DNA of 64,000 nt, from NCBI GenBank assembly GCA_943788985.1, contig CALSSJ010000015.1:95098-159097 (forward strand). The letters run 5' to 3'. Below are positions 19,504-29,469 of the stretch, piece by piece. The notes beneath the pieces were generated by a model. The model saw nothing but the letters and a program-made list of their open reading frames with translations. It was not told the DNA's origin and searched no databases. The stretch is from an uncultured Lentisphaerales bacterium (GTDB taxonomy: Bacteria; Verrucomicrobiota; Lentisphaeria; JABSQK01; UBA12247). Both the position numbers and the translations under genes were made by a program. Numbering within the stretch: the stretch's first letter is position 1; every line of letters starts with the position of its first letter.

Positions 19504-21351
19504 TTAGCGTCGCCGGTTCTGCAACACCCACATGTTCCAGAGAAACGCGCGGTTGTCTGCGTTGTGCGCAAGATGCTCGCTCACCTGGCGCTGCACGAAA
19601 TCCTGGCGCATGCCGAAGCTGTTTGCCGGATCCACGATCAGCGCGCCGTCACGCAGCCAGCGGGCGATCGGCATACCAAAGCCATGCTTTGCCCGATACA
19701 AAATGTCATGCGGAAGGACCGGCTCCAAGGCTCGCTTGAGCAAGTACTTGGTCTCGCCATTGCGGTATTTCCAGGCGTGCGGAATGCGGCGAATAAAGTT
19801 CACCAGGTCGATATCGAGAAACGGCGCGCGCACCTCTAACGAGTGCATCATGCTGGCGCGATCCACCTTCACCAGGATGTCGTCCTGGAGGTAGAGCTTG
19901 GTGTAAAACTGCAAGGTTTTGTCGACCATGTGCTCCTGTGGGCAAGCGTCCCAGTGGGCGATTGCCTCGGCGTAGAGCTCAGTGAGCGGCAGCGGCTTGT
20001 CGAACAACTCGCCAATCTCGACGGGCCCGAGCGGCCCCAGCCAAACGGCATTCCACAAATTCCTCGGGTATGACAGGCCCCGGAGTGTGCGCTTGATCTT
20101 GAAGTCCAGGCTCATGTTTGTGTGCGAGACTGGCAATGCCGCCATCACGGTGCGCAGCAGTTCGTGGCCTTTGCCGGGCATCATACGGTCATAGAGGCGG
20201 GCTGGCCGCAGTGCCTTGAACGGATCATAGCCGGCAAACAACTCGTCCGCGCCATCTCCGCCCAGTGCCACCGTTACCGCCTCCCGGGCATTGCCACAGA
20301 GCAGGTACGTTGGCACGATCGAAGAGTCGCCCATCGGCTCATCGAGCCGGCTAGCAATCTTTGGCGCCAAGCCGCTGGCATTTCCCATGTGCAAGATATC
20401 GCTGCGATGCGTACAGCCGACGTGCTCAGCTACTTGCCGCGCGTACTCCGACTCATCGAAGCTAGCCTCTTCGAAGCCAATTGAGAAGCTGTGCACCGCG
20501 GTGCTGGACGCGGCCTGTGCGTAGTGCGCAATGGCCGAGGAATCCACCCCACCGCTCAAGAACACCCCCAGCGGCACATCGGACATCATCCGCCGCTCTA
20601 CTGCCTGGCCCAGCAAGTGTCGTAGCTCCTCGCACCAGGCTGGTTCAGGTTTATGCGAGATCTCGGTAAATGGGTCCAGGATGTACTCCCAGTATTGCGA
20701 AGTCCGCACTGTCCGGCTCTCCAGATCCACCGTTAGATTGTATCCACCGGGAAGTTTGCGAACTTCGCGATACAGGGTGTGCGGTGCCGGAATATAGCCG
20801 TAGGCAAAATACTTCTGCAAGCCAGCGACCGACTGGGTAAAGGTCAGGCTGCTGTGTTGCTCAAGCGCGTTAAGCTCCGAAGCGAAAGCAAAGCAGCCTG
20901 CGGACTCCGCATAGAAAAGTGGCTTCTGGCCGAACCGGTCACGACTTAAGAACAGCTGATTGGCCTTGCGGTCATAAATGGCGAAGGCCCACATCCCGTT
21001 CAGCTTCTCCGGCAGCGCCTCCCCCCACTCGCGGTAACCATGCAGCAGCACTTCCGTATCCGAATGATCTGTGATAAAGCGGTGGCCGCGGGACTGCAGA
21101 TCGGCGCGGAGCTCACGGTGGTTGTAGATCTCGCCGTTGAAGGTTACACCCAGCTGTGCGTCCGACGTCCACATGGGCTGGCTGCCGTCCGCCAGGTCGA
21201 CAATCGAAAGGCGCCGGTGTCCGAGGCCCACCGCGCGCTCTGGATCAAACCAATTATTGGCCCCATCCGGGCCACGATGCGTCAGTACTTGGGCCATCGC
21301 CTCAAGGTCCTGGAGCGTTCCTGCCCCGCAAAATCCTGCTATGCCGCACAT
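19504..21351 (-). CDS. asnB: Asparagine synthase (glutamine-hydrolysing) family amidotransferase
   Basis: MCGIAG, HRGPD, FNGEIYN, LSGGVDS, GDGADELFAGY, KVDRASMMHSLEVRAPFLD. Confidence 0.94.
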   Translation of the reverse strand: MCGIAGFCGAGTLQDLEAMAQVLTHRGPDGANNWFDPERAVGLGHRRLSIVDLADGSQPMWTSDAQLGVTFNGEIYNHRELRADLQSRGHRFITDHSDTEVLLHGYREWGEALPEKLNGMWAFAIYDRKANQLFLSRDRFGQKPLFYAESAGCFAFASELNALEQHSSLTFTQSVAGLQKYFAYGYIPAPHTLYREVRKLPGGYNLTVDLESRTVRTSQYWEYILDPFTEISHKPEPAWCEELRHLLGQAVERRMMSDVPLGVFLSGGVDSSAIAHYAQAASSTAVHSFSIGFEEASFDESEYARQVAEHVGCTHRSDILHMGNASGLAPKIASRLDEPMGDSSIVPTYLLCGNAREAVTVALGGDGADELFAGYDPFKALRPARLYDRMMPGKGHELLRTVMAALPVSHTNMSLDFKIKRTLRGLSYPRNLWNAVWLGPLGPVEIGELFDKPLPLTELYAEAIAHWDACPQEHMVDKTLQFYTKLYLQDDILVKVDRASMMHSLEVRAPFLDIDLVNFIRRIPHAWKYRNGETKYLLKRALEPVLPHDILYRAKHGFGMPIARWLRDGALIVDPANSFGMRQDFVQRQVSEHLAHNADNRAFLWNMWVLQNRRR

Positions 21352-21552
21352 GCCGTATTGCTCCGTTGCTCTGCTGAAGCCTGGGCAAAGGTCTCGCGTT
21401 CCGCTCGCCTTTCAACGCGCTGCCGGCGTCTAAGGGGCTCTTCGTGCTTGTGGACGATTTCCTGCACTCCCAGTCTTGCTCGCCGCCTGGTGCGAGCAGA
21501 GGGATTGCCCAGTTCAACAGGCCCTGCGGTGCGCGGGCGCTATTGTTCCACC

Positions 21553-22707
21553 ATGAGAACGATGAGACACTTATTGCTGTTTCTACTGGCTGCCGGTTGG
21601 CTGCCAGCACAGGTCCCCGTACCGTTCCTGCCGGAGCGCGCGAAGGTGATCGCAGCGCTAGAAGAGCCTATGGCTAAGGGCATGGATGTCTCCGTGGCCC
21701 TCACAGCCTGGTCTGCTGCGGAGTCCGCAACCACGCCGGAGCAGAAGCGGAACCACTACCTGCGGGCACTTGCTGCGCTTGAGAACGTGGAGCCGTTGCC
21801 TCAGAGCGACTGGGGGGAGAATCCCAGCGATGTTCGCATCGAATTTCTCGAGGAACTTCGAGCGGCAGAGCCAGGTGTGAAAATGCAGGTGATCCGCTTT
21901 CAGGTGGACGGCCTGACCCAGTACGGGCTGGTCACTAGGCCGATCGCCGCGGGCGATACGCCTTTGCCACTGCTGATCTATGTGCACGGTGCAGCCTATG
22001 GCGTGCCCGTGAGCACCATCGCCTGGCAGGCTGACGTGGCCCGCATGGGCTACGTGGTCGCAGCGCCGGCTTTTCGCGGTGAACCCGCCTTTCTGCCGCC
22101 GATCACTGGCCTTGACTACACCAGCGAGGGTGAGGTCGAGAACTACGCCGGCGAACCGCGCGACGTTCTCGGCCTGGCGGACGGCATGCGCGATCTACCG
22201 TACGTAAGGCACGGGAAGTTCGGGATCTTCGGGCATAGCTTTGGGGCAGGAGCCGGGTTGCTGGCTGCCGCCAGATCCGACGACGTTGCCTGTGTGATCA
22301 GCTACGATGCCTGGCTGGTCAATCCGTTTACCTTCTACTGGCTACGGCTGAGCGGCGGCTCGATTTACTACTGGGGATCTTGGGAGGCGTACTGCGAGGC
22401 CCCCGTGCCGGAGCAGCTGTCAGGGCTCATGGCCCGCAGTATCGCCCATCATGTCGACCGCCTGAAGTGCCCCGTGCAGATCTTCATCGGGCAACTCGAC
22501 GGCGCGGGCTATCACACCTGCCACGACTATCTCGCCGCGCAGTTGAAGGCGCACAGCGTACCACACGAGTACCACGTGATCCCTAATGGCTCCCATAACT
22601 TCGCCCTCTACCGGGACGAGGCACCAGCGAAATCTGCTTGGAAGCTGCAACTGCCGTTTATGCTGCAGTACTTTCCACCCGGGAAACTTTCTGGAGGTCC
22701 CAAGTGA
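21553..22707 (+). CDS. Secreted alpha/beta hydrolase (S9-like)
   Basis: Signal peptide, PLLIYVHG, nucleophile GHSFG, C-terminal GSHNF. Confidence 0.8.
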   Translation: MRTMRHLLLFLLAAGWLPAQVPVPFLPERAKVIAALEEPMAKGMDVSVALTAWSAAESATTPEQKRNHYLRALAALENVEPLPQSDWGENPSDVRIEFLEELRAAEPGVKMQVIRFQVDGLTQYGLVTRPIAAGDTPLPLLIYVHGAAYGVPVSTIAWQADVARMGYVVAAPAFRGEPAFLPPITGLDYTSEGEVENYAGEPRDVLGLADGMRDLPYVRHGKFGIFGHSFGAGAGLLAAARSDDVACVISYDAWLVNPFTFYWLRLSGGSIYYWGSWEAYCEAPVPEQLSGLMARSIAHHVDRLKCPVQIFIGQLDGAGYHTCHDYLAAQLKAHSVPHEYHVIPNGSHNFALYRDEAPAKSAWKLQLPFMLQYFPPGKLSGGPK

Positions 22708-22855
22708 GTCAGACCATTCAGGAGCAGCAAGATACCACCTGGCATCGACGCCGTACTAGTGTCGCTATGGCAATTTTTGGCACCGTGGAAGTTCGATGAA
22801 CACAGACAAGCAAATTGCGCAGGTCATTTCGTGCCGTGCGCTACGAATTGCCTAG

Positions 22856-23788
22856 ATGCGAGTCGTCACCGTATTGAATCCGCTCTCCTGTAGCGGCGCC
22901 GCGCAGAAGATGTGGGACCGGCTGGCCGCCCATCTGGATAGCCTGGGTATCGTCTGCCAGACAGTCTCCCTCCTCGATGAGCAGCTCTGCCCAAAATTGT
23001 GTGAGGCGCTGTCAAAGTCGAGCGATGCGATCATTGGCGTGGGCGGTGACGGCACGCACATGTCTGTGATCAATGTCCTGCTGAAACTTCCTGCCGAGAT
23101 CTCGCTGCCGCCGTATCTGCCAGCCCCCTGCGGGACCGGGAACGATCTGGCGAAATCCCTCGGGATTCAACCGCAGGACTTGAAGCGCACCGCGGAATTA
23201 CTCACCGAAGGAACCCCGATCATCATCGATCTCGGCTTGGTGCGCGGCCGCTGGTTTGCCGACGCCGTCTCGCTGGGCATCGAAGCCTCCATCCTCGCGC
23301 GGCGCGACGTCCTAGTAAAAGAGCGCCCGAATGGTCACGGCTACTGGCCCTATTTCCTGGCGACGCTCGATACGCTGGGGCAGCGCGTAAGCTGGCATAT
23401 CGACCTGACCCTAGACGGCAGCCCCTGGTACAGCGGCCCGGTGAAAGGCGTGGTCATCAACAACGCGCCCATTCACGCGAGCGAGTTCGTCGTCACACCC
23501 GGTGCCAGCATGTCGGATGGTTGGCTCGATATCGCGGTATTTCCAGTAATGCAAAACCTTGTGGAAGGGTACATGAGGCGCTGCCGCCGTGTGCCACGCA
23601 TGTTGCGTTCCAGGCGTCCCAAACAAGTGGCAAGGGCTAAGAGAATCGAACTGAATGCGATGCAGTCTGTCCCATGGCAGATGGACGGAGAAACCCAAGA
23701 CCCGGAATGTCACTTGAATATCGGAATCGATCCGAGTAGAATTTCCGTCTTGTCCGATAGCCGCAGGATGCCGAAGGAGAAAGTGTGA
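22856..23788 (+). CDS. Diacylglycerol/lipid kinase family protein
   Basis: NP, GGDGT, GTGNDLA, DGWLD, QMDGE. Confidence 0.9.
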   Translation: MRVVTVLNPLSCSGAAQKMWDRLAAHLDSLGIVCQTVSLLDEQLCPKLCEALSKSSDAIIGVGGDGTHMSVINVLLKLPAEISLPPYLPAPCGTGNDLAKSLGIQPQDLKRTAELLTEGTPIIIDLGLVRGRWFADAVSLGIEASILARRDVLVKERPNGHGYWPYFLATLDTLGQRVSWHIDLTLDGSPWYSGPVKGVVINNAPIHASEFVVTPGASMSDGWLDIAVFPVMQNLVEGYMRRCRRVPRMLRSRRPKQVARAKRIELNAMQSVPWQMDGETQDPECHLNIGIDPSRISVLSDSRRMPKEKV

Positions 23789-25125
23789 ATCTAATATTTT
23801 TGAGTTCCGCAGATAATGGGCAGGTCGTAGAACTGAAGGAAGAGGGAACGCGCCTTGGGAGAATCCAAGACGAGGCGGACATCTTCCTAGACGATGTCGA
23901 GGTGTCTGGACACCATGCGGTCGTGGAGAAAGTTGGCCGCCTTTGGCGCGTCTATGACCTAAATAGCACCAACGGCACTTTTGTAAACAACAGGCGAATC
24001 GCTGGCAGCGCCAAACTAAAAATTGGCGATACCCTCCGATTAGGAGACACGATCTTAGTTTTTACGGACGAGACTGAGCCCCAAGCCGCTCCGCCTCGCG
24101 AAGGGAATGATACCCTGGCCGAGGCCTCCCCGCGAGAAGTAGCCGCGTTCGGTGAGGCCGGGAGCGATACCCGCGAGACCTACCAGACTCAGGCAGAGCG
24201 CCTGCTGCCCGCTGAGGTGGGCGATGCGATCACCGAAATCTCCCAGGCCCGCGAGCAAATCGAGGCGGAGGTTGCCAAGCAGGTCGTAGGGCAGCAGCAA
24301 TTTATCCATCAGGTCATGTTGACGATCCTGGCCGGTGGCCACGCCATCGTCAGTGGAGGCCCCGGCTTAGGAAAAACCCTAGTCGTGGCGACGCTTGCCC
24401 GCACCATGGGATTGGTCTGGCGGCGAACCCGGCTAACGCAGGACACCCAGCCCGACAATCTGGAGAAAGTGCAGGCCGCAAATCTGTTACTCGCCGTAGG
24501 GATCGACGAAGCACCGAAACGCACGCAGGCAGTGCTGCTAGAGTGGCTGCGAGATCCATCGCTGAATCCCGATGGGCACCGAGTCGGACGACGGCCCTTT
24601 CACCTGCTTGCCGCGCTAGATCCACGAGCGTGGGGCCCTAATTCGCTGCGGCACGGGGACATGGACGCCTTTCTGAGCATGATTCACTTGGATCCTCCAT
24701 CCATAACAGACGAGCAGAACATTATTGCGCTCGCAGCACACGCCCGAGTGCCCGCCATCGACCGCATCTGTGACCGCGCTGCCGTCCTCGAGATGCAACA
24801 GTTGCTGGCAAACCTTCCCGTCGACAGTGCCGTCGCATCCTACGCCGTCATGCTCGCCCGTGCCACCCGGCCCGAGTGTGAGGAATCGCCTGCCATTGTC
24901 CGCGAGTCCACCGCCTTTGGCTGCAGCGTCCGCGGCGGCCAAGCACTGCTCGAATGCGCCAAGGCCAATGCCGTCCTTGCGGGTCGCGAGAAGGTCACCA
25001 AGGATGACGTGCGCGCAGTCGCGTATCCCACACTTCGGCATCGCCTTGGTATGACCCAGAAAGCTGTAGACGAAGGCCTGCTCTGTGACGATATGATTAC
25101 CGCGATTTTGGAGCAGTATGCCTGA
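23785..25125 (+). CDS. FHA domain fused to a degenerate MoxR-type AAA+ domain
   Basis: FHA GR...VSGHHA...DLNSTNGTFVN; Walker A GGPGLGKT; MoxR lid TKDDVRAVAYPTLRHRL. Confidence 0.8.
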   Translation: MNLIFLSSADNGQVVELKEEGTRLGRIQDEADIFLDDVEVSGHHAVVEKVGRLWRVYDLNSTNGTFVNNRRIAGSAKLKIGDTLRLGDTILVFTDETEPQAAPPREGNDTLAEASPREVAAFGEAGSDTRETYQTQAERLLPAEVGDAITEISQAREQIEAEVAKQVVGQQQFIHQVMLTILAGGHAIVSGGPGLGKTLVVATLARTMGLVWRRTRLTQDTQPDNLEKVQAANLLLAVGIDEAPKRTQAVLLEWLRDPSLNPDGHRVGRRPFHLLAALDPRAWGPNSLRHGDMDAFLSMIHLDPPSITDEQNIIALAAHARVPAIDRICDRAAVLEMQQLLANLPVDSAVASYAVMLARATRPECEESPAIVRESTAFGCSVRGGQALLECAKANAVLAGREKVTKDDVRAVAYPTLRHRLGMTQKAVDEGLLCDDMITAILEQYA

Positions 25126-25945
25126 GCTACCCGAGGTCGAGACCGTCGGCCGTGCCCTACGTCCACAACTTCTCGGCCGCAGCATTCGCACCATCTCCGC
25201 CCACATCGAAAGCCTGCGTCATCCTCTGACTTTACAGCAGGATGCCAGCCTTTGTGGTGCCCCTGTGGCTGCCGTCACCAGACGCGCGAAGTATCTCACC
25301 GTTGCCTTGGCCAACGGCCGCGGGATTTTGTTACATCTCGGCATGACCGGACACTTCCGGATCGAACCTGCGGACTCCGCACATCGCAAGCACGATCGGC
25401 TCGAGTTTTTCCTCGACAACGATCAAGTCTGGCGCTTCAATGACATCCGCCGCTTTGGCATTGCCAAGGCCGTAAACGTAGATGCCGCAGGCAACCCGCT
25501 CGAAGGACTGCCAGCGCTCGGTCCGGAGCCCTGGGATCCAGCCTGGGGCGGCGCCGCGCTTCACACCTGGCTGAGCCGGCGAATCGCCGCGATCAAGCCG
25601 CTCATTATGGACCCGCGCTGCGTTGTCGGCGTGGGCAACATCTACGCCAGCGAAGCCCTGCATCGCGCCCGCATCTCACCCACCCGGCCCGGGAAATCCC
25701 TCTCCCGAAAGGCCTGTGACCGCCTGGTTTGCGAAGTTCGCAAAACCTTGGAAGAGGCGATCGAAGCTGGCGGGACCACCATCTCAGATTTTCGCGGGGT
25801 CGATGGCAGCGAAGGCAGTTTCGAGCAAGAGTTGCTCGTCTATGGCCGTGCCGATGCCCCCTGTCTCTCTTGCGAGGAGGGCACCATTCTGCGATCCGTT
25901 CAGGGCGGGCGCGCCACCTATTCCTGCGCCAAGTGCCAGCGATGA
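25118..25945 (+). CDS. mutM: Formamidopyrimidine-DNA glycosylase
   Basis: MPELPEVE, HLGMTG, GVGNIYASE, C-terminal Zn finger. Confidence 0.96.
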   Translation: MPELPEVETVGRALRPQLLGRSIRTISAHIESLRHPLTLQQDASLCGAPVAAVTRRAKYLTVALANGRGILLHLGMTGHFRIEPADSAHRKHDRLEFFLDNDQVWRFNDIRRFGIAKAVNVDAAGNPLEGLPALGPEPWDPAWGGAALHTWLSRRIAAIKPLIMDPRCVVGVGNIYASEALHRARISPTRPGKSLSRKACDRLVCEVRKTLEEAIEAGGTTISDFRGVDGSEGSFEQELLVYGRADAPCLSCEEGTILRSVQGGRATYSCAKCQR

Positions 25946-26997
25946 GCGAAGACTTCATGCGCGAACTCCGCACGATCGCCCAAGAAACGCGGGCGCTGAT
26001 TTTGGATGCGTTGCCTGCACCACAGGAGCCTGAGATCTTGTTTCAGTTGGTGCGCGCCTATCCAGAGCGTGGTGGGAAATGCTTGCGCCCAGCGCTGTGT
26101 CGCTGGTGCTGCGGCATGCTCGGCGGGGCCCCACAGGAGGTCCGCCGCGTTGCCGCCGCCGCTGAACTCTTTCACACTTGGACGCTGGTGCACGATGACA
26201 TCATCGACGAAGACGACGAGCGCCGTGGCCAGCCCTCCGCCCACGCCTTGGCTCGCGACAGCATCAGCCACCCGCGGGCGGTGAAATTTGGCGCAGACAT
26301 GGCTCTGTTGGCCGGAGACATCCAACACGCGATCAGCGCCGACCTCGTCCTCGCTGCGACCGAAGACGGGCTCCCCGCCGACGTCGCGATCGCTATTGCC
26401 CGCCAAATGCACCACGTGCTCGCGCCGGGCCTGATTCGTGGCGAAGCTGCCGATACCGAGTTCGAGTACCGGGCGATTGACTCCGTGAGCCACAGTGAAA
26501 TCGAAGCGATGATGCGCGACAAGACCGGGCTACTCCTCGCCTTCGCCGCGCGAGCTGGTGCCATGGCAGCGTTGCGAACTCCGCACCCCGATGATCCGCA
26601 AGTTGCTGCGCTGGCCGATATGGCCACTTCTGCCGGCCTGGCCTTCCAGCTGCAAGATGATATTCTTGGGATGTTTGGCGATCCCAAGGCCGTTGGCAAG
26701 CCGATCGGCTCCGACCTGCGTCAGGGGAAGCGTACGCTGCTTACGGCCTATGCCTTCGAGCTGCTCGATCCAGCTGGCTCAGCCCGCCTGCGGGAGCTTT
26801 CTGTTGCGGAGTCCGCAACAGACGCCCTGGCCGAGGCGCAGAACCTACTGATCGGCTGCGGCGCATTGCAGCGTGTGCAAGACGCTGCCGCCGCGCATGT
26901 GCAGCGGGCCATGGACATTCTGGCGGCCCAACCCGTCGGGCCCTTCCGGGATCTGCTGGAACAATGGCTTCACTTTCTCACCGCCAGAATCACCTGA
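25942..26997 (+). CDS. Polyprenyl diphosphate synthase
   Basis: GGKCLRP, LVHDDIIDEDDERRG, KT, FQLQDDILG, GKPIGSDLRQGKRT. Confidence 0.92.
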   Translation: MSEDFMRELRTIAQETRALILDALPAPQEPEILFQLVRAYPERGGKCLRPALCRWCCGMLGGAPQEVRRVAAAAELFHTWTLVHDDIIDEDDERRGQPSAHALARDSISHPRAVKFGADMALLAGDIQHAISADLVLAATEDGLPADVAIAIARQMHHVLAPGLIRGEAADTEFEYRAIDSVSHSEIEAMMRDKTGLLLAFAARAGAMAALRTPHPDDPQVAALADMATSAGLAFQLQDDILGMFGDPKAVGKPIGSDLRQGKRTLLTAYAFELLDPAGSARLRELSVAESATDALAEAQNLLIGCGALQRVQDAAAAHVQRAMDILAAQPVGPFRDLLEQWLHFLTARIT

Positions 26998-27098
26998 TGG
27001 CGGGCGTGGTACGTGCGAATGTACCAAGGGCCTCCGTGCCCGTCGAGCGTTTTTCCTGCCTCGCCACTGCCTCCGCGGTGTGTAATGGGGCGAACTCG

Positions 27099-27213
27099 TT
27101 ATCGGACATCTCGGACAGATCGGGCGACTGTCCCGGCGCCAGCCTACCAGGACAAAGGCAAGCTCATCGTGCTCTCGTTAGTGGTAGCCCGATCAGCCCG
27201 ATCAGTCCGATAA
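27099..27213. repeat. Imperfect inverted repeat of 9-bp TCGGACNNN units between convergent genes
   Basis: TTATCGGACATCTCGGACAGATCGGG (27099-27124) versus CCCGATCAGCCCGATCAGTCCGATAA (27188-27213). Confidence 0.7.
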
Positions 27214-27266
27214 ATCGTTCCGTTGCGCCTCAAAGTGCACGCCATCGCGTTGTACTCTCAAGAGCT

Positions 27267-27515
27267 CTAAGCTTGCTTGCGGATTATCCAAGCGCGGACG
27301 CTGGTCAGCGTCGCAAACACGTCCGTGTTGAAATCGCTTGGCTCAAAACGCACGCCAAACTGCTCTTCGATGCCCACGATCATCTCCTGCAACAGAAATG
27401 AATCTACGCCGTAGTCTTCAAGCGGCGCAGTTACGTCCACTTCTTCTGGCGTGTAGTCGAGAAAAAGTCGATCGATTAGAATATTCTTCAGGGCATCGTC
27501 AATCTGCTGGCTCAT
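27267..27515 (-). CDS. Acyl carrier protein
   Basis: 82 aa, acidic, YGVDS phosphopantetheine motif, IEEQFGV; divergent from acpS. Confidence 0.85.
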   Translation of the reverse strand: MSQQIDDALKNILIDRLFLDYTPEEVDVTAPLEDYGVDSFLLQEMIVGIEEQFGVRFEPSDFNTDVFATLTSVRAWIIRKQA

Positions 27516-27595
27516 AGTAGAATCCGTAATAGGTCGGTTGCTTGCGCGGCGATAGTGGGGATACTGTGTGCCCATAACGGAAAGAGAGCCAGCAG

Positions 27596-27979
27596 ATGAT
27601 TATTGGAATTGGGACAGATCTGGTGCAGATCTCACGTCTAGCAGGCGTGATGGAGCGGCACCCGGAACCGTTCTTACGGCGAACATACACGGCTGTCGAG
27701 CAGGCGGCGGCGCGAGAGCGTAAGAATAGTCTGTCGTTTTTGGCGGGGCGCTGGGCCGCGAAGGAGGCCGTTTCAAAAGCCTTACGAACCGGGATCGGGG
27801 TCCACTGCAGCTTTACCGATGTCGAGATTACCCGCAACGCCGATGGGGCACCGCGCATTTCCCTCTCCGGCGACGCGTTGCGAACTTCGCAAGCCCTGGG
27901 CATCGACAGCTGGCACGTGTCTATCACCCATGAGCAAGACTACGCCTGCGCGTTCGTGATTGCGGAGCGGACCGGATGA
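27596..27979 (+). CDS. acpS: Holo-ACP synthase
   Basis: GIGTDLV, AGRWAAKEAVSKA, VSITHE. Confidence 0.95.
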   Translation: MIIGIGTDLVQISRLAGVMERHPEPFLRRTYTAVEQAAARERKNSLSFLAGRWAAKEAVSKALRTGIGVHCSFTDVEITRNADGAPRISLSGDALRTSQALGIDSWHVSITHEQDYACAFVIAERTG

Positions 27980-29469
27980 AGGTCGTCAGCGGGACCACGA
28001 TGCGCCAGGTAGACGCGGCGACCATTGCAGCTGGCCTCTCGGATCAGGTGCTGATGGAGCGGGCGGGCCAAGGAGCTACGGCTGCCATCGTCGCGTTTCT
28101 GGCAAACTCCGCAGCGTCGCATCGACGTCGCATCGTCGTGTACGCGGGCAAGGGCAATAATGGTGGAGATGGCTACGTCATCGCCCGCTGTCTGAGCGAG
28201 AAAGGGTACGATGTCGCCCTGGTCGCGAGTCATGAATCTAGCGCGCTCACCGGCGCAGCGGCTCACCACGCGCGCTTGCTTCCCACCACCGTACCAATCT
28301 TGACTGCGTATTCCTTGTCCCCTGATTGCGTGGTGATCGATTGCCTGCTCGGGACAGGAATTGCCGGCCCAGCTCGAGTTCCGGTCAGCCATCTGATCCG
28401 TGAGATCAATGAGGCTGGCTGTCTCGTGATTGCGATCGACATAGCCTCTGGCGTCAATGCCGACGATGGTTCCGCAGCAGGGGAGGCCATTCGGGCCGAC
28501 CTGACTGTGACGATTGGCTGCCTCAAGACCGGCTTGCTCACCGGGGAGGGAGCAAAACTACGAGGCGTGCTCCGACTTGTGGATATCGGAATCGATCCAC
28601 AAGCGCTGGGAGTTGCGGAGTCCGCAGGCGAGGCATTTACCGCGGCAGAGGCGCAGGCATTGCTCGGGCGGCTGCCACATGGCTGCCACAAGGTCACCAC
28701 GGGATGTGTCACCGTCTTCGGAGGCTCGGCGCTTTACCCAAGCGCACCGTTCCTTAGCGGGGAGGCTGCACTGCGGTGCGGCGCCGGCCTCGTGACGGTC
28801 GCTGTGCCCACAGCGATTCCGGTTCTGCCCGTGCCGCGTGCCCTGATCGTGCAGCAACGCAGCGGCCCGCAGACACACAGGGCCTTGGCCGAGGCCGAGC
28901 GCGCGGCTCTCACCAGCCAGGATGTCATCGCCGTTGGGCCCGGTCTGACACGTGAGCCCGAGGCCGTGGGGATGGTGCAACAGCTCTTGAGCACGGAGAT
29001 AAAGCTGGTGGTAGATGCCGATGCCTTGGTTGCGATCTCCGCAGATCTGCTCCCGAAGCAGGCACCCTGGGTGCTGACTCCGCACGCAGGAGAGTGTGCT
29101 AGGCTGATCGAGCGCCTGGGCGGCAGTTGGCCGGAGGACCGCCGAGAGCTGGCCCGGGAACTATCCGCACAAACCGGGGCAGTCGTGGTCCTGAAGGGGC
29201 CGAACACGATTGTGGCAGCGCCCGATGGCTCGGTCACTTGGAACACAACTGGGACTCAGGCTCTGGCCACAGGCGGGACAGGTGACATCCTGACCGGCAT
29301 GATCGCGGGCTTTTGGGCCGGTGGGCTTGCAGCTGCCGATGCCGCCAGGCTTGCTACTTTTGTCCACGGCAGCGTTGCGGAGTCCGCAATCTGCCAGCGG
29401 GCCTTCATCGCCGACGACTTGCTGGCTGGCTTGGCGCCCGCGCTCGCGGCCATCTCTCCGTTCGCCTGA
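27976..29469 (+). CDS. nnr: Bifunctional NAD(P)H-hydrate epimerase/dehydratase
   Basis: LMERAG, GKGNNGGDG, DCLLGTG, VVDADAL, LTPHAGE, LATGGTGDIL. Confidence 0.93.
   Translation: MKVVSGTTMRQVDAATIAAGLSDQVLMERAGQGATAAIVAFLANSAASHRRRIVVYAGKGNNGGDGYVIARCLSEKGYDVALVASHESSALTGAAAHHARLLPTTVPILTAYSLSPDCVVIDCLLGTGIAGPARVPVSHLIREINEAGCLVIAIDIASGVNADDGSAAGEAIRADLTVTIGCLKTGLLTGEGAKLRGVLRLVDIGIDPQALGVAESAGEAFTAAEAQALLGRLPHGCHKVTTGCVTVFGGSALYPSAPFLSGEAALRCGAGLVTVAVPTAIPVLPVPRALIVQQRSGPQTHRALAEAERAALTSQDVIAVGPGLTREPEAVGMVQQLLSTEIKLVVDADALVAISADLLPKQAPWVLTPHAGECARLIERLGGSWPEDRRELARELSAQTGAVVVLKGPNTIVAAPDGSVTWNTTGTQALATGGTGDILTGMIAGFWAGGLAAADAARLATFVHGSVAESAICQRAFIADDLLAGLAPALAAISPFA

Noticed and set aside
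21040..21552. N-terminal extension of ORF 21040..22707
   Set aside because: Overlaps asnB antisense; a signal peptide begins at about 21553-21562.
26802..26820. TGTTGCGGAGTCCGCAACA as a parS site
   Set aside because: Shares only TGTT/AACA ends with the parS consensus; length and core differ, and copies are far too frequent.
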